Assembly: GCA_010093605.1 (NCBI GenBank)
Contig: MU004186.1
Span: 1,282,616-1,346,615 of the forward strand
Source of the DNA: Lophium mytilinum
Lineage: Eukaryota
Direction of reading: 5' to 3'
Length of the DNA stretch: 64,000 nt
In this document: piece after piece, positions 40,908 to 56,759 of the stretch
How positions within the stretch are numbered: the first letter of the stretch is position 1
How the letters are laid out: every line of letters starts with the position of its first letter
Notes under the pieces: model-generated
The model's database searches: none
What the model was told of the DNA's origin: nothing
What the model saw: the letters and a program-made list of their open reading frames with translations, nothing else
Program-made: the position numbers and the translations under genes

Positions 40908-41852
40908 TTATCCAGCATCTGGCGCAACCGGCCCCTTTATAGATGCAGCCGCATCGCTGGCGCTCCGTCCATGTCCAGAAGGGGCTATGTCACTGTGACT
41001 ACCGCTCATGCGGAATATCTTCTTCACACTTTCCACACCTCGCTTCACGTGAGGGTGATTCGCAAGGAAATCGTCGTCGCCGTGCTTGGAATCGCCTTTC
41101 TTCAGAAGAGATGAAACCCTCCTCCTTCCTCCCGGTAGAGGGTCCAAAGGACCGGCCTTCGGAGGCCACTCTCCATTGTCCTTCCAGCCCTGCACGAGTG
41201 CACGCGTCATGTCGGTGAGGTTTATAGGCACGGAGGGTGTTCGCGAGGTGACAACGACCTTGTTGTATATGTCCGGATATATCTTGCTGCTGATAGAGTC
41301 ACGAATAGGGTTGTGTTTTAGGAGAGGTCGAGCAATAGGGACGAGGCTTTCGGCACTTGGTTCGGGCGGGGCCACGGGTGGGGTATGCTTGGTTTCTGCA
41401 GAAACGAATGAGCCATCTAGCTCCAAGTCAAACAGCTCAAGCTGGTCTGACGCACTGTGTTTCCTTGCGCCGTACTTCTGCACCGCGGCGGCGCCTGTCC
41501 AAGCATCTCTCCGCTGCACAAAGCATGCCACGCCCTCATTCCACGCCATCTCTTCCGCCAGTACTTCCCGCCGCTTCCTCTTGCGACTCTCCAGCTTGGT
41601 TTCCACGGCCACGGCTATACTGTCAGGCGAGTCGAATTTGTAGGGATTGTCGCCAGCGCCGGCGGCGGGGTCGGTGTCTTCGTCAGATCCAGATGTGGTG
41701 CCGTACTCGCGCTCTCTGAAGTCAAGAGCGCCCCGGACCTCCTCGTCGGAATGGGACCATGCTGCCGGCGCGTCCGGCCAGGCCCAGTCATCGCGTACTC
41801 TGTTGGTAAGGAAACGGCGGGCTTCGCGGGCGGCGGTCTGGTTGCTTTCCAT
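40908..41852 (-). CDS. Conserved fungal protein, DUF4050/Gag1-clamp-like
   Basis: EEMAWNEGVACFVQRRDAW and IYNKVVVTSRTPSVPINLTDMTRALVQGWKDNGEWP blocks. Likely ATG is 41852. Confidence 0.7.
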   Translation of the reverse strand: MESNQTAAREARRFLTNRVRDDWAWPDAPAAWSHSDEEVRGALDFREREYGTTSGSDEDTDPAAGAGDNPYKFDSPDSIAVAVETKLESRKRKRREVLAEEMAWNEGVACFVQRRDAWTGAAAVQKYGARKHSASDQLELFDLELDGSFVSAETKHTPPVAPPEPSAESLVPIARPLLKHNPIRDSISSKIYPDIYNKVVVTSRTPSVPINLTDMTRALVQGWKDNGEWPPKAGPLDPLPGGRRRVSSLLKKGDSKHGDDDFLANHPHVKRGVESVKKIFRMSGSHSDIAPSGHGRSASDAAASIKGPVAPDAG

Positions 41853-42205
41853 GGAGCCACCGAGCGGGGACGAGAGGGTCGAGAGAAGCGACGGAGGGCA
41901 GAAGCGCACCGCGGGGCTGGCGCGGGTCTTCGGGGTATATGGATATGCGGTGGTAGGGGTGAAAAGCGTGTTGATATTGTGTCTGACACCACGATCTACT
42001 AAGCAGAGGGAAACATTTTGGCTTCTTGCACGTCATGCGATCGGCCGGCCTGGCCGGGAAGGAAGCCGAGCCTGCCGGAAACAGCTGTCAATCACGTGCA
42101 TTGCTCATTTCATGCAGCTAAATAATGATTGGACGAGCCCATTCACAATTATCATACCTAGAACGCCTGCTATGCCGCTAATACTGCTAAATCCTCATAA
42201 CCTCG

Positions 42206-45200
42206 TTAAATGATGAGATTCGTTGCTCGTGCTTCCCTCCTCTGCTCCCCTTGCTCCACTCCCATTCCCCTTGTTCTCCCTGATGCCACAAGGAACCCTT
42301 CAATGGCGCCCAGCATCGTTTCTCCCTCCTCTTCAACTGTGCCAAGTTGCACCAGTACTTCTTTTCTTGCGTTGCCTCTCACGACGTAATAGCCGTCGCC
42401 AACTTTCGCCCAATTCGTTATCGCCGTGTCAAGCTCTTGTGCGCAGAAATCGCGCAGCTTGGAGATTGGCGCCGGCTCATCTGGAATGTCGCAGTCAACG
42501 AATGGTGTTAGGGCCGCTTCTCGACTCATGACGGTTTGTGCAATGAAAATGCTGAAGCGCCTAAAGTATAGAACGAACGGGACAATGTTGGCAGCTTTTC
42601 CGGTGCTGGCATGAATATAGTCCAACAGAGGTAACAGCGCTGTTATGGCTCGGAGGACTAACGAGACCACATGCCGGGTATGGGACTGCTCAAGTAATCC
42701 TTCGTGGTCGATCAACAGCTGACTTGCTACATAGAATTCACGCAGCGTGCTTCTGATCATTCCGAGGCAGGACTCGACGCTCATTTCGTCCGATACGCTG
42801 AATTGGTAGAACACATCCTTATAGATTTGACGTAAGGCCTGCAGTATCGGCGAAGCCACGATCCAGCCAGTTGGAGACTTTAAAGACACCCCGATGTAGG
42901 CTGGGAAGATGTCCTGTACCAGGACGTGTCGCAACGTGGGTCTCGAGGCATTCCCGGACTCGTATGTACTGGCAGTGGCGGCGCACAGTTGCTTGAGAAG
43001 GTACGATTGTTGATTGTCGACCGCCGCGCGTTCAGATACTGTCTGAATGAACGTCGAGAGCTGCTTCGTTGTGCGGGTATCTGCCAGCTTCAGTGAGTAG
43101 CTCCCGAGCCGGCCTACCACATATGTCGGATCTGTAGTCGGTAGAGGGAAAGCAACCGAGTCGGTGAAGAATCGATCCACAAGACATATGTGGGACGTGT
43201 ATTGCTGAAGAAACTGGACCACCGTTTGCACGAATTCAACGTATGCGCCTTTCAATGGGGCACCACATTGCTGGAGCTCCAGATAGTTTCGCTTCATCGC
43301 AGACATCATATCCTTGAGAAGCGTTGTATATTCGTTTCGTGTGTTTACAAGTTCTTTCGGGTTATCGCGCATCGTATCCTCGTAACAGTCGCGCATATTC
43401 GCTAGGATGGAGGAAATGAGGGCGATTCTGCGCTCCCGGAATGTGGTAGCCGTAATCATGACCTCGCCAGTTGAAGACTCCCTTAGGAATGGAAGGTTCT
43501 TCAGCAGCGGATTTTGCGGGTTGGCATTAACAAGAACACCGGTCAAAATGTGTTGAAATTTGAGCATGGACTCGCGATCGACCAGTGATAGGACCCAAGC
43601 GGCAATGAATTCCTGGCGGCATTCTTTGTATGCATCCGGGTCGCTTGTGAGTATCGACGACATGAAGTATGCGGCAAACTTGCGACTCTGTTCTGTGTCT
43701 CGAAGTTGGTGCCAGGAAACGATACTGAACGTCCCAACGTAGTCGTGCCACGTCCGCTTTCCTAAGTCTACTTGCCATTGTGCGACGGCTGTCCACGTGT
43801 CTACCGCTTTGGTGAGTAAAGTGTCCCCGGGAGAAGTCTCGGCTCCAAAGCAATTTGAAAGCAAGTGCCACAATGGTGTGTGGATAAAGTCTAGCGGATT
43901 GCTGTCATCGGATTGCTGGTTCGGGGCTGTTGTAATATCGTAAAATTCGTCAAAATCAGGCACATCGCCATAGTCCTGGCTTTCTTCGTTGTTACTGGGA
44001 ATATTCTTCTCCGCTTGTCGTGCTTTCTGGAGTTTTGCATGCAGTTCAAAAACAGCTAACGTCTCGATGACAACGTCGATGGTCCTAGGATTGGTCACGT
44101 CGAATAGATCCAAGTTCTTAGTGGCAGACGCATCTCTCAGGAAAGATGTAAAGTTGTTTTCGCCATGGGCATATCCGATTGCGTTTTTAACTCCAGCAAC
44201 TGCATCTCTCAACGTGGCCAAAACCTGGTTTTGATTCTTTCGAATCGTCGATTGCAGAACTTCAGGAGAAAGGATGTCGTCTCCTCGCACTTTAGCGCTA
44301 TCGTATTGAGTTTCGGCCTCGGTCCTTGCCATTCGGTATTGGTTGATTGATTGTTTCATGATGTCTTTATACCACAGAGCAAACGGTAATAGTGACTCAT
44401 ATGGTTCGTCGGTTGACAATTGAAATTTGACGAGGTCAGACCAGGCTTTTACACTGAGCCTGCAAGCTTCTCTGTGAGAATACGCGTGGTCAACAAGCTC
44501 GCGGAGAAGATCAAGCCGAGGGCGACATTGTAGCGGCGCGGCCCAGTACAGGGTACAGAGAATATCGTGATGATTCCGTAGAGCGTCTAGATCTTCTTGT
44601 CTGATCGATTCGTCTTTCCGGTATGTACGGCCGTGGTTTGGAATGAACCGGTAGACAATATTCCGCATCTTCTTGTCGGGATAGATCCCTTGCATGCCTT
44701 TGAGACCCAGGGCGAGACATTTGAGGAATACGGTGAACGATCGATCATCTGGCTGAACCTGTAAAGACGGATGTTCCGCGAGCATACCCAGGAACTTTGG
44801 CGACCCAAGACCATCCTCATGACGAAGGAGGGACAATTTATTTCTTGCAAAGAAATCGAACATTGCCCCGAGAATACCTTCACATCTTTTCCAACCCCAG
44901 CTGTCGATGAGTGTGCAACATCGGCTTAATACAGCTCTGATATAGATATTCAGGGACGAATTATGACCTTTTGATGTCTCTGGATACAACAAGAAAAGAC
45001 GGTTGACCAGGGCTTTGACAAAATCCCAGTTCTCCGTTGTATGGACGAAGCGAGAGCCAACTTGCAAAACTCCCTTCCTATCGAATTCCCCGAATGGCAG
45101 CAGCATGAAGGCGTCGGACCAAACGCGCTCGAATTGGAAGATTTGGTTGAAAGTGGAAATCATCGGTAAGAGATTGTCGTTGACAACGTCCCAAAAGCCG

Positions 45201-48200
45201 ATTCCGGGCCTACGGAGACAGGACAGTGCTTGCATTGCAATTACGATGCATTGGACGTAGATTTTGTCATCTCTAATGCCAGCTTCTCGTTGGTGGCGAC
45301 GTCGGCTATCCTCTAAATACGTCCGAATTTCCTCGTGGCCATGGCGGATTGTTGTACTTATCAAACCAGCCGATATCGTCTTGACTAAAGTATCTAGTCT
45401 GAGCTTGGTCGCTTCCTCAATTGTCTCATCATCCGCAATATCAACTACCTTGGCGGCTAACACGAGGAGAAAAGATAAGGCTCGAGCCTTCTGGCGCACT
45501 ATTGGTGCTGGTACAGTGGTAGCTGAGTCTGATATATTCTGTGTTGGTGACAAGGCCGTGTAGCTCTGGTCCAAGATGACAACCATCGTTGCTACACTCC
45601 AGCTTCGATCGATGGGATCAAGATAATAAAGTGAAGTGGAGAAATAGGAGATGACCTGACGAAGCAACGTTGACATGCTTGAAAGTAAGCGAATGGCAGT
45701 ATTGTGAGCCTCTTCCGCCACGGATGGTTGTATCAACTGGTCAAGCTGGGTGCACAGATCCTGGAACTTGGTAGTGAAAGCTGACGAAACTTCCTCCGTC
45801 CAGGCACTGCACCAAACATCCTGTGCTAGGTGGATCAAAGTCTTGTGGGGCACGCGCACGCCAAGGTCTCTCTGATCGATATGCAAGCATGAATCTAGCT
45901 CTCCACTCCCAATAAAGGTATTCTGGTGAAAATACGTTCCCACATCTAACGGGAAGACATCGAAATCTTCGGCGTACCGAGTACCAAATGGACCGAGTCC
46001 TTGAAGAAGTAGAGGGAGCGAGCCGTCCTCAACGATTTCAATGGGTTGGCTGTGGCCATGTACTGGAAGCGGATGGCCTGGCTGTCGATATTCTCGTGCT
46101 CCAACGTCAATACGTGTACTCGGTCGTTTACGGGAAAGACGCAACCGGGGTTTGGCTGGTTGCTGAGGGAGTTCATCTGAGTTCTGGTGGCTTTTGCTCT
46201 CATGGTCAGGGCTTGGCGAGATTGACGAAGCTTCGTCGTCAGCGAGGAACCGTGAAAGTTGGGGATTGCTAGTCGCGTTTCCAAACCGATATCGATTCGA
46301 AAACTGCAGATTCGCGCGGGATAACTGTCTTTGAAACGCCGAGTTCCGATGAGTGAGGTCGAAATCGGCTTCAAGACTCTCCAATTGCGCACCCCGAAAT
46401 GGAGGCGGTCGAAACAGCTTTTGTGGAAGATGAGTACGGCGATTAGGTGCTTTAAAAGTCCGCACCTCCGCAAAGGGCGACACTACAGTATCATTCGTTC
46501 TCCTGCTAGATACTGGATCAAGCTGAGTTTGTCGCAGTCTTGAGACTGATTTGGATCCCATGTTCCTTCGCAAATCTCCCGTCGGTTGGATTGCATCGAG
46601 GAACGTAGATTTGGGTAGAGGTTCTGGAAGCTGTCGTTGCTGCTTGTTGTTATCTCGATCAATGAGCGGCTGACGCTCATGGCGCGGGTTCGCAGACTGA
46701 GGCGATTGGGACCGGGGTTTCAACGTGCCGGCCCTCCATTGATGAAGAACCGCATTGGCTTCCTCGGTATCCTCGAGTGTTTGCAAGCGTACAGCTTTCT
46801 GACTCGGACTTTGTCTTCCTCGATCGCGTTGTCGACGAGCTTGTCTTGCGGCAAGGCGGATGAATCGAGGAATTTCGCTCGTCATCTCGCCTCGTGTCTG
46901 GCGAGAATCCAAGATACTTAGGCGAGGCGGCTTAGGCCTTGACGTTCGTGGTTTGCTAGGTATGGTGTTCTTCTTCCCGGGGTGCTGTGGACCCGAGGGT
47001 GCTCTTGAAAAGCTATGATTTTGGCCACTGGAAGCTGTGACTTTCAGGCGCTTGCCAGATAGCCCGTACGAATCAGTCAAGGTCAGCTGTTTTTTCCGGC
47101 GTTTGGTACCAAAGGCTCTAAGCCTTGAAATTGAGGGGAGCATGTAGTCAATGCGGTTATCTTCCATCACATCGTCAATCATACTCTCATTGAGAGTCGA
47201 GCCAATGTTCCGTTCCGTAATCTGGGAACGAGGCCCAGGAGAGTTTGGCGGTGGCACATCCGCAGCAACGGATGCCGTGTCTGATTCCTCGGAAATGGTG
47301 AGGGTATGGCTATCCAGCTCCTCTGGGGCAGTTAACCTTGCAGTGGATGTCGGCGGTCTGGTAACCTTTCGTGCTATTCCTCGTTGCAGTTCGGACCTTT
47401 CAATGGACTGATGGCGGAGTCTTTGAGGGCTTGTCGATCTTTGTCGTTTCAGTTGAGCCTGTCGGTCGAGCTTCAGCCACGATGCAGGGAGTACTCCTTT
47501 GATCTTCCTTTTGACTTGTTTCAAGCTGACGTCACTCTTTGCGGATTCCGAACCTGACGAATCTGGGTTTGACGAAGACTCTACAACGATGGTAGGGTGG
47601 CGGGACAGTCGAGATCTCGATTTCAATACGCTTCGAGGTGGACTATCGCTATCGGATTCCGAATCAATAGGCCGCGGATTGGTAGGCCTAGATTCAGATG
47701 AGGTGATTGGTGTTGGCAACCCGTTGATGATTGTACCGTCGGGCATGTGAAAGACCCTACTTGCAAATTTGAGAGGGGATGATACGAGATGATCTCCCCG
47801 TGGAGGCGACGGAGGAATATCAAAAATGTCACTCTCGGTATTCTCTAAAGAGGGTACCGTCTTCGAGAGGGGAGTGGTGCGATTGGCCTTTTGTGGAAGC
47901 TTAAGTTTTCTGCTATAGGTGTGCGCTATTTTACGGCGTTTGGGCCCGGTTTGCACTCCACTGGGAACTCTACGTCGTATTAGGGACTCGACATCTGGCA
48001 ATTCATCATCGTCATCCAAAGCAAGATAGGACGGCGAGCCGATCTCCTCGTGAAGATTGGAATTTCTAGGGGTTATATTCTCTTTCGGTGACCATTCACG
48101 GTGGACTGGACTGCTGGGGGGCGTGTCGTCCAGAGGTTGGAAGTCCCGCTCTTGTGTTTCTACAGCATCAGGATTGAGCCTAGAAGTTGACGATTCCGAG

Positions 48201-48902
48201 GTAAGGAATATCGGCCTGACTCCACGAGATTTCAAGGTTTGACGATAACGTTCGCCTTCGAGGAGATAAGGATGGAGCTGAATCGGATTGCGTGTTCGGA
48301 ATCTTCGTCCATACGTTTGCTGAGTAGCTTCGTTATCCCGGGTATCCAGATCGTGCTCTTCCTCGCGCTCTTGTCCATCATCGATTGCGATGATATTTCT
48401 CTCCGATCTTTCCTCCAAAGCAGGTGCGTTCGATATAATGACCACTGACGGTGATAACGCCGTCCGCGTGGTCCTCTCGAATTCGGTGGAATTTGTGTGG
48501 GGAACATTGTCAGGTCTCACAAGAGGTCGATCTAAAACGTTTTGTTCTAGCTCGTCGAAATCATCGTTTCCAAGCTCTGAGAGCTCAGAGCCGCTATCGT
48601 CTGCGTCGGTGGTTGCTTCTCGGATTGAAGAAGGAATCTACACCAATTAGCCATATTTCTAGTCTCAATACACAAAACTTTGCCTTATTACGTACGTTAA
48701 AAAGCGTTCCAGCTGCCAACACCAGGTTTGGAGCAGAGCTTTCTTCTGCTAAGCATTGCGACTTTGACGGAGACCCAATACTCGCCTTGAATTCCCCACC
48801 CGGTTGGGTCTGCTCGAGTTTGGGAGGGCTGGAGGGAATGCTGTCCGAGTCGTCCTCTTCATCGGAGTCCTGGACGTACCCTCTCTCTCGCCATCTTGAC
48901 AT
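42206..48902 (-). CDS. MMS22: Mus7/MMS22-family replication-repair protein, 2 exons
   Basis: MSRWRERGYVQDSDEEDD start; intron 48695-48638 joins in frame to the 2104-aa ORF; RTRNPIQLHPYLLE, IKGVLPASWLKLD, IPNHGR..LRNHHDILCTLYWA. Confidence 0.85.
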
Positions 48903-49108
48903 TGGAATCCTCTGGCATGTCGCTGCGCGCTGGGTAGGTGGCAACGTTGTTGTCTGATCCCCGGTCATTACTTTGTCGCGTGGAGACGCGTCGAACTCCT
49001 TGGCGGGCGGGCCGGTTTCACCCGTGCACGTGATAGCGCTAAAACCTTTCACTCAGGGCGAGACTCGACCTCGATGACGCTGCACAAGAATTGTATCAAC
49101 TGAATGTC

Positions 49109-49561
49109 ATGAGTGGAAGGATTGCTGGCGCGCTCCTTGCGACAGTTACTGGAGTGCTCACTGGTGGGTGGTGTGTCAACTGAGAACATTGAACTCGAAT
49201 TGACGTCGTCAGCAACTTATGCGTTGCAACCTGCTCTGCAGGAGCAGCAGCGGAAACGCTTTGAGGAAGAGCACAGCAAGGCAAAGTTGGTGAACCGTCC
49301 ATCTTTTACGCGCTTTCACTGAAACAGATCAGCAACGATTCACCACCTGTTCAAGCGCCAAGTGAGACAGCTCAACAGGCTGGTGGCAATGCCCAGCTTG
49401 ATATAAGAGAAACAAAAGACGCCATATCTGAGCCTCCTAAAGCAGCACCATCATCCTGGTCTTCCATAAGCCGTTGGGTGTGGCCAAGCAACGTCGAGGA
49501 GAAAAGCCCCGATCCACCCGAACGAACACCACCTGCCAACTCTCAGCAGGGTAGATCCTAG
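49109..49561 (+). CDS. Small spliced single-TM protein, PIGBOS1-like N-terminus; not modelled in the ORF track
   Basis: ATG 49109; intron 49164-49212; second short intron ~49286-49327 (exact sites uncertain). Product MSGRIAGALLATVTGVLTATYALQPALQEQQRKRFEEEHSK...SSWSSISRWVWP...GRS*. Confidence 0.7.
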
Positions 49562-49807
49562 TTTCATCGACGAGCACCTGAGTTGAATCGGGGCGGAATG
49601 CTACTCGGGATAGTTCATTATTAGTAGACCGTGACTCTGTTATAGCAACCTAGACATATCACAGTGTCAAGTGGAGCTTTGATTTGTTACTGCTAGGACT
49701 ATAGATGCTGTCTATGGACTAGGCACATTGCGTAATCCATACTATTCCAACAAGCTCGTCTTACCGTACCATCCAATTTGTGTTTGTATGTATCAACACC
49801 CGAACAT

Positions 49808-51707
49808 CTATACCTTTTCCTCAATATGCGACACGGCGCTTTGCTTCCTCTCCACCTCTTCGACGCGGTGTTGAAGGTCATCCGTCATGTAATCTCCTTT
49901 CTTCATCGTCGGAACAAAGAGCGGCGCATTCGTGAACAGGTAGTTCATTTCTTCCAGGGGTCGTTTCGCGGTCTCGGGCAGAACAGCCCAGAAGAACAAT
50001 GCGTTTGTCAAATTGCAAATCTGACCAGTGGTAAGCACATGGTGGGGGACTTTCAAAGGGATTCCGCTTACAATGAAGAGGAAGTAGTAACGGTACCCGA
50101 CCTGCGTCATGGCGGGCTTTGTGACTTGGCCGATCAATGTGTTGAAGGCAAAACTTGACATGTTAGGACCAGAAGCTTTCGGAGAGGGATGAGTGGGCTC
50201 CTACCTGGTCATCGTGGCAATTGAAACACCTTTGGATCGTGTTCGCGTGTCGAAGACTTCTGCCTGGTTGCATGTGTCAGTCGAGAAGAGAGCAGATGCA
50301 TGAAGGCGGGGACTGGAAAGATATGCTTACTGGTATGATCCATGACAATGGCCCGCAGGTGGCGCTGAAAGAGAAGTTGTAAATCCAGGTGATGACGATG
50401 AAGCCCCATGAAGCGCCGTTGTTGTGCGTGGCGCCCGGAGGAAACTTAGCCAGCAGAACTGTTGCGATGATGAAGGTAACCATGTTGCCCAAGTTTCCAA
50501 ATATTAAAGGCCAGCGTCGACCGGTATGGTCGATGAAGAGGATGCAGAGGAATTGCGCTATCAGGGCGATCACTGAACTGATGGCCTGGTACTTCAAAGT
50601 ATCATTTCCTGCTATCCCCATCTGTCCATAAATCGTGACTGAGAAGTACTGGATGGCGGAGACCTAGTTTGCGTTAGCATTGTTGCTGCTAAAACATGCA
50701 TGTGATCTCTACTTACTCCAGTCATCTGGACGGAAGCCTGGAGAGCGCAAGCTAGGAAGAGTCTACGGAAACACGATCGGTCAGTGAAGAGCTCGGTATA
50801 GGACTTGGCTTCGTGTTCATGCTCGAAGGTGATGGCCTCCTGGATTTGTTCAAACTCGGCCCGAACCCAGGCGTCGTTCTGGTTTCCATGAGCATGGAGC
50901 TGTGCGAGCGTTTTTAGACCTTCGTCTGGCCTTCCATGGTCAATGAGCCACCTGGGAGATTCCGGGAAGAGGAGAATGAGAAGAGCCAGAATTGCAGCGG
51001 GGATGATCTGGATTCCGAGAGAGAGTCGCCATTGAGCAGAGTTGTCATCAGAAAATCCAACATAGGTGCCGTATGATATCCAGGCGGCAGCAAGCGCGCC
51101 GACACCCAGCATAAATTGCTGAAGAGCTGTGACTCGTCCTCGTATGCTTGGGTGTGCGAGCTCTGCCTGATAGAGAGGTACAATCATGACAAGCGCACCA
51201 ACACTGCAGGACAATTAGTTTGGCTCGAACCCATTTTCGGCAATGTCTCACTTACCCTAGCCCAGCAATAGCACGGCCAGCATATAGGAAGGACAAGTCC
51301 CGAGCACCTGTCTGTAGCCCTCCGCCAAGACAGAACACGAGTGCTCCAATCAAGATGGTTTTCTTTCGACCAAGGATATCGCCGAGGGGGCCAGCAAAGG
51401 CAGCGCCAAAGAAAGCGCCACCAGTGAACACGGATACCACCGCACCACTGTCACGATTAGTAGCCGTACAAGCCAGGAAGCCGACCGAAGGGAAAGCTCA
51501 CGTTTCATTGTCAGTGGCCTTGAACTTGTTGGTGAAGTTGGGCGATGCGATAGCTTCCGCAATCACACCAAGGTCATAACCGTAGAGTAGCGACCCGAGT
51601 GATGCGAATACACTCACTAGGAACTAGTATTTCACAGGTTACTTAGTACTCTCGAGAATGAAGTGAGTGAGAATTCGTACCTGATACCACTTAGGTGGGA
51701 GAGCCAT
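49808..51707 (-). CDS. MFS sugar porter, probably a pentose/L-arabinose-type transporter, multi-exon
   Basis: MALPPKWYQ-FLVSVFASLGSLLYGYDLGVI, GDILGRK, PLYQAELAHPSIRG, PESPRWL, DHTGRR, GPLSWIIP-AEVF, PETAKRPLEEM. Substrate is inferred from the neighbouring gene. Confidence 0.92.
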
Positions 51708-52160
51708 GTCTGTACCGACTTCGCAATTCGGGGAGATTCTTCCTTAGACCGCAAAAGAGTAGCAAAGCTTGAGTGGAGCATCCATCGATTTTATACCACC
51801 CCAGCAAATGCTGCCGAATTAGATATTTTCCGTCGAACGCACCACATGGTGTCCAGAGAATGGTCGCGACTATCCCTTGCTACCCCAACCTGGAGGTTCC
51901 CCGAATGTAGTCGTCCAGTCGGAGGGTCAGGCGGGGAAGCTATGGGGTATCCTAGCTGGTTTGGATGCGGAGAAGCCCAGGCATCGTAGATGCCGAAGCT
52001 GGTGGCCGAATACTTACGCGAGCTTCGCGCATCGTTCGGGTCCTGCACCGCGGATTTTTCCACCAATGGAAAGACAGCTTCGGCGACGACAACTTCGTTT
52101 CTAAACCACCTCGGCTGGTCTCTCATACTCGTCAACGGCACTTGGGTTCAGGAATTAGAA

Positions 52161-54073
<1,913 letters not shown>

Positions 54074-54127
54074 GACTTCGAGAGGAATTTCAGGACGGAC
54101 TGGTACTCGTTATCTGACTGATATGCT

Positions 54128-55365
54128 CTATTGCGATACTAGACCTTTAGATTGTAGATCTAGAGTGCGTTCAATGTCGGTCCACCGGCCATTTCGGAGG
54201 GGATCCAGACCCCTGAGCTTAGATAGCCACTCCCTCAAGTCATCAGACGTGATAACACTCTCGTTGCCTTTCAAGCTCGGGAACGAGGTCGAGTATTGTA
54301 GGAGGACCTCATAAACCCACTTGCACTCTTCTTCATCTTCGAGGATCTCCTTGATGAAGTTGATTTCTTGCTCGCAGTACCGCTTTTGATCGTTGTCTGT
54401 GAGGTCTAATATGATGGCCGACTCTCGTGAGTTACGAGATGAAAGCGTGCCCATCAAGAATTGGTGGTAGTACCAGATAGACTGGTCGAATGGATCAAGA
54501 AATGCTTCGTGGATCAGCGCAAACTCGTTATCAAGCATGTGTCGTCTTTCTGCATCATCCGAATCCCGTTCGTCAAGCAATTTTGGAATTAGTTTGCTCC
54601 GATTGTGCCATGCTGAGAAGTTGGATAGATTTGCCTTTATCATCTTCGTTGTGTAAGCAAACTCGGCCTCCGTCATGCTTTGACTTTGTTTGCTATGAAT
54701 GGCCTCATCAGGCTGCGCCGGAATGCGCTCCAGCTCACCGACAACGAACCGTCGATAACTCCAGGCATGGAAGTTGCGGCTGTCGGCACCCAGCATGATA
54801 GTGACAAGCTGCAGCTCGCCTTGCCATAGTTTACGTGCGGCAGCGACCTGCAAACGTGCCTCGCCCACCTGTAGCGCCCAATATCTGTGGTTCCAGAGCC
54901 AGTAGCACTTCGGGTACTGCCTGAGCAGGGAAGTTGTGAGACTAAGATCGGCGGTTATAAGATCGAGAGTCGTTTGGTGACTATCGGAGGACAGGGACGC
55001 CGATTCGGCCTGGGTAGGGAAGAGGTGCTGTAGCACGCGCCGACGGTGGTTCCAGATGGTATAGTACTCTGGGTTTTCTGTAAGGAGCTTGGTCGTGAGG
55101 TTGAGCACTTCCACAGTGTATTGTGTTTCTGCGATCTGTGGCACGGACATCAGGTTAGCCCCCTGATAACACCGCAAGCTGTAGATGCGCACCTTTGTGT
55201 TCACAAGCTCAACTAACTCATTGTAACGGGTGATATGTTGAAGCTCTTTCTCTCGCGCCTGGTCAGAACGCGTCTGGCTGCCTGCAACGCGCGAAACGCC
55301 GTGCTATAGTCTTATTTAGCTAGGGCTACAGATAGGACAACGGTGAGGTCACTTACGCTCGCCAT
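54128..55365 (-). CDS. BET4: Rab geranylgeranyltransferase (type II) alpha subunit, 3 exons
   Basis: 9-nt first exon MAS then HGVSR; PFTA repeats NPEYYTIWNHRR, PKCYWLWNHR, RNFHAWSYRR, NFSAWHNRS, DPFDQSIWYYH; DPLRNGRW. Confidence 0.95.
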
Positions 55366-56759
55366 CCCGGATTCAGTCTGCACCAATTCCCTCAGGGATA
55401 AGGATGAGACCAAGAAAGCAGTCGCGGATATCTACCTATGTAGGGTGGGGTTCCACTTGTGCACAACTCGCACGGCCGCTCGGCGGTTGCATAAGAACCT
55501 TGCAGCGCTAGGCCAAGTCGGGACCTAGGCGTTTCACTCTTTTTCAACCTCATCCTTTTTCTATTTTGACGCGTTGTCGCTTCAGTCACGTCTTTCTCTC
55601 TCTATTCGTGAAGAATTATGATCTGAGATTGAGGCCGTCCTAATTCGGCCTCCCTTCGTTTGGAAGCCATCGGCCCGGTGATTGGGTCGTACTTATGACC
55701 TGCTTGGTTTGTTGGAATTACGACTTCTTCGGGACAAAGCGAAATAGCTTGAGGTTGAAATACGGGCATCTTCTCAGCCAACAAACTGTCACCATCATCT
55801 CGAGACTATGTAAGTAGCAGCGCGAATGATTAGATACGAAGATATCTGAACGGCCTGAGAGCTATCTAACGAGAGTGCACTTTTGCTGTCACTCTTAAAG
55901 AACCTTTTTGCGTCATAGTAATTCTAAAACGTAGGCCTAAACATATTTTTGCGATTGTCACTCTCACCTCAAAATCTTCTCCGTCGTCCAAGCTTTAAAG
56001 TTACGCGCCTCACATCTCCTTCAAACTATCGTAAGCTATCTAGGTAACCTCAGACGGCACGATTTACGAAGATGTAAGTTGGTTTGTGCATATAAAGAGT
56101 TCTCAGGGTTACAAGCTGCGATTTCGAGGTACATTTGGGCCTGCAGGTCGCGTTGGGTGGGCTTGTAGACTAGCGCTTGGCATGTACTCAATTCAATACC
56201 TAGATGTAGGATTGTGTATATGCTTGCCCCTGTCTGAGGTGCCCTCAAGTACCTATACAAACTTGAGTAAGACGGAAGACTGTTTCTTTTATTCCACTGT
56301 CGTGGATTCGAATTTATTTCACAGTCACGTGATTATGACCTTCCCCGTTTTTCCTATTTTGGACTCCTTCTTCAAGTTTCCATCACCTCATTATTATCTT
56401 GTTCATCGATTGTATCCTTGGTCCCACGCGGAAGTGGTAAGTCCGCTAGGCCACCTCAGACAGCAGTGAACAGGCGTACACAGACTTGAAATTTGAAGCG
56501 GCGCTTCAGAGTTCTGAAGATTTGTCGAGGCGCTACAAGAAGTGTCAGGAGAGCATAGCCAGAAACATCAAGATATGTCACTTGCAGGGTTAGCCTGATG
56601 GTGTAGAGCAAGATTATGAAAACATACCCATAGATTGCAGACCTTATCGGCAACAAGGTCACATTACCGTGTTTAAGCTGTGTACGATAGACTAGCACAG
56701 TCTGAAATGCCTCAAGACACTCTTAAGCAACACGAGGGTAAATGAATTATCTTGAACAA

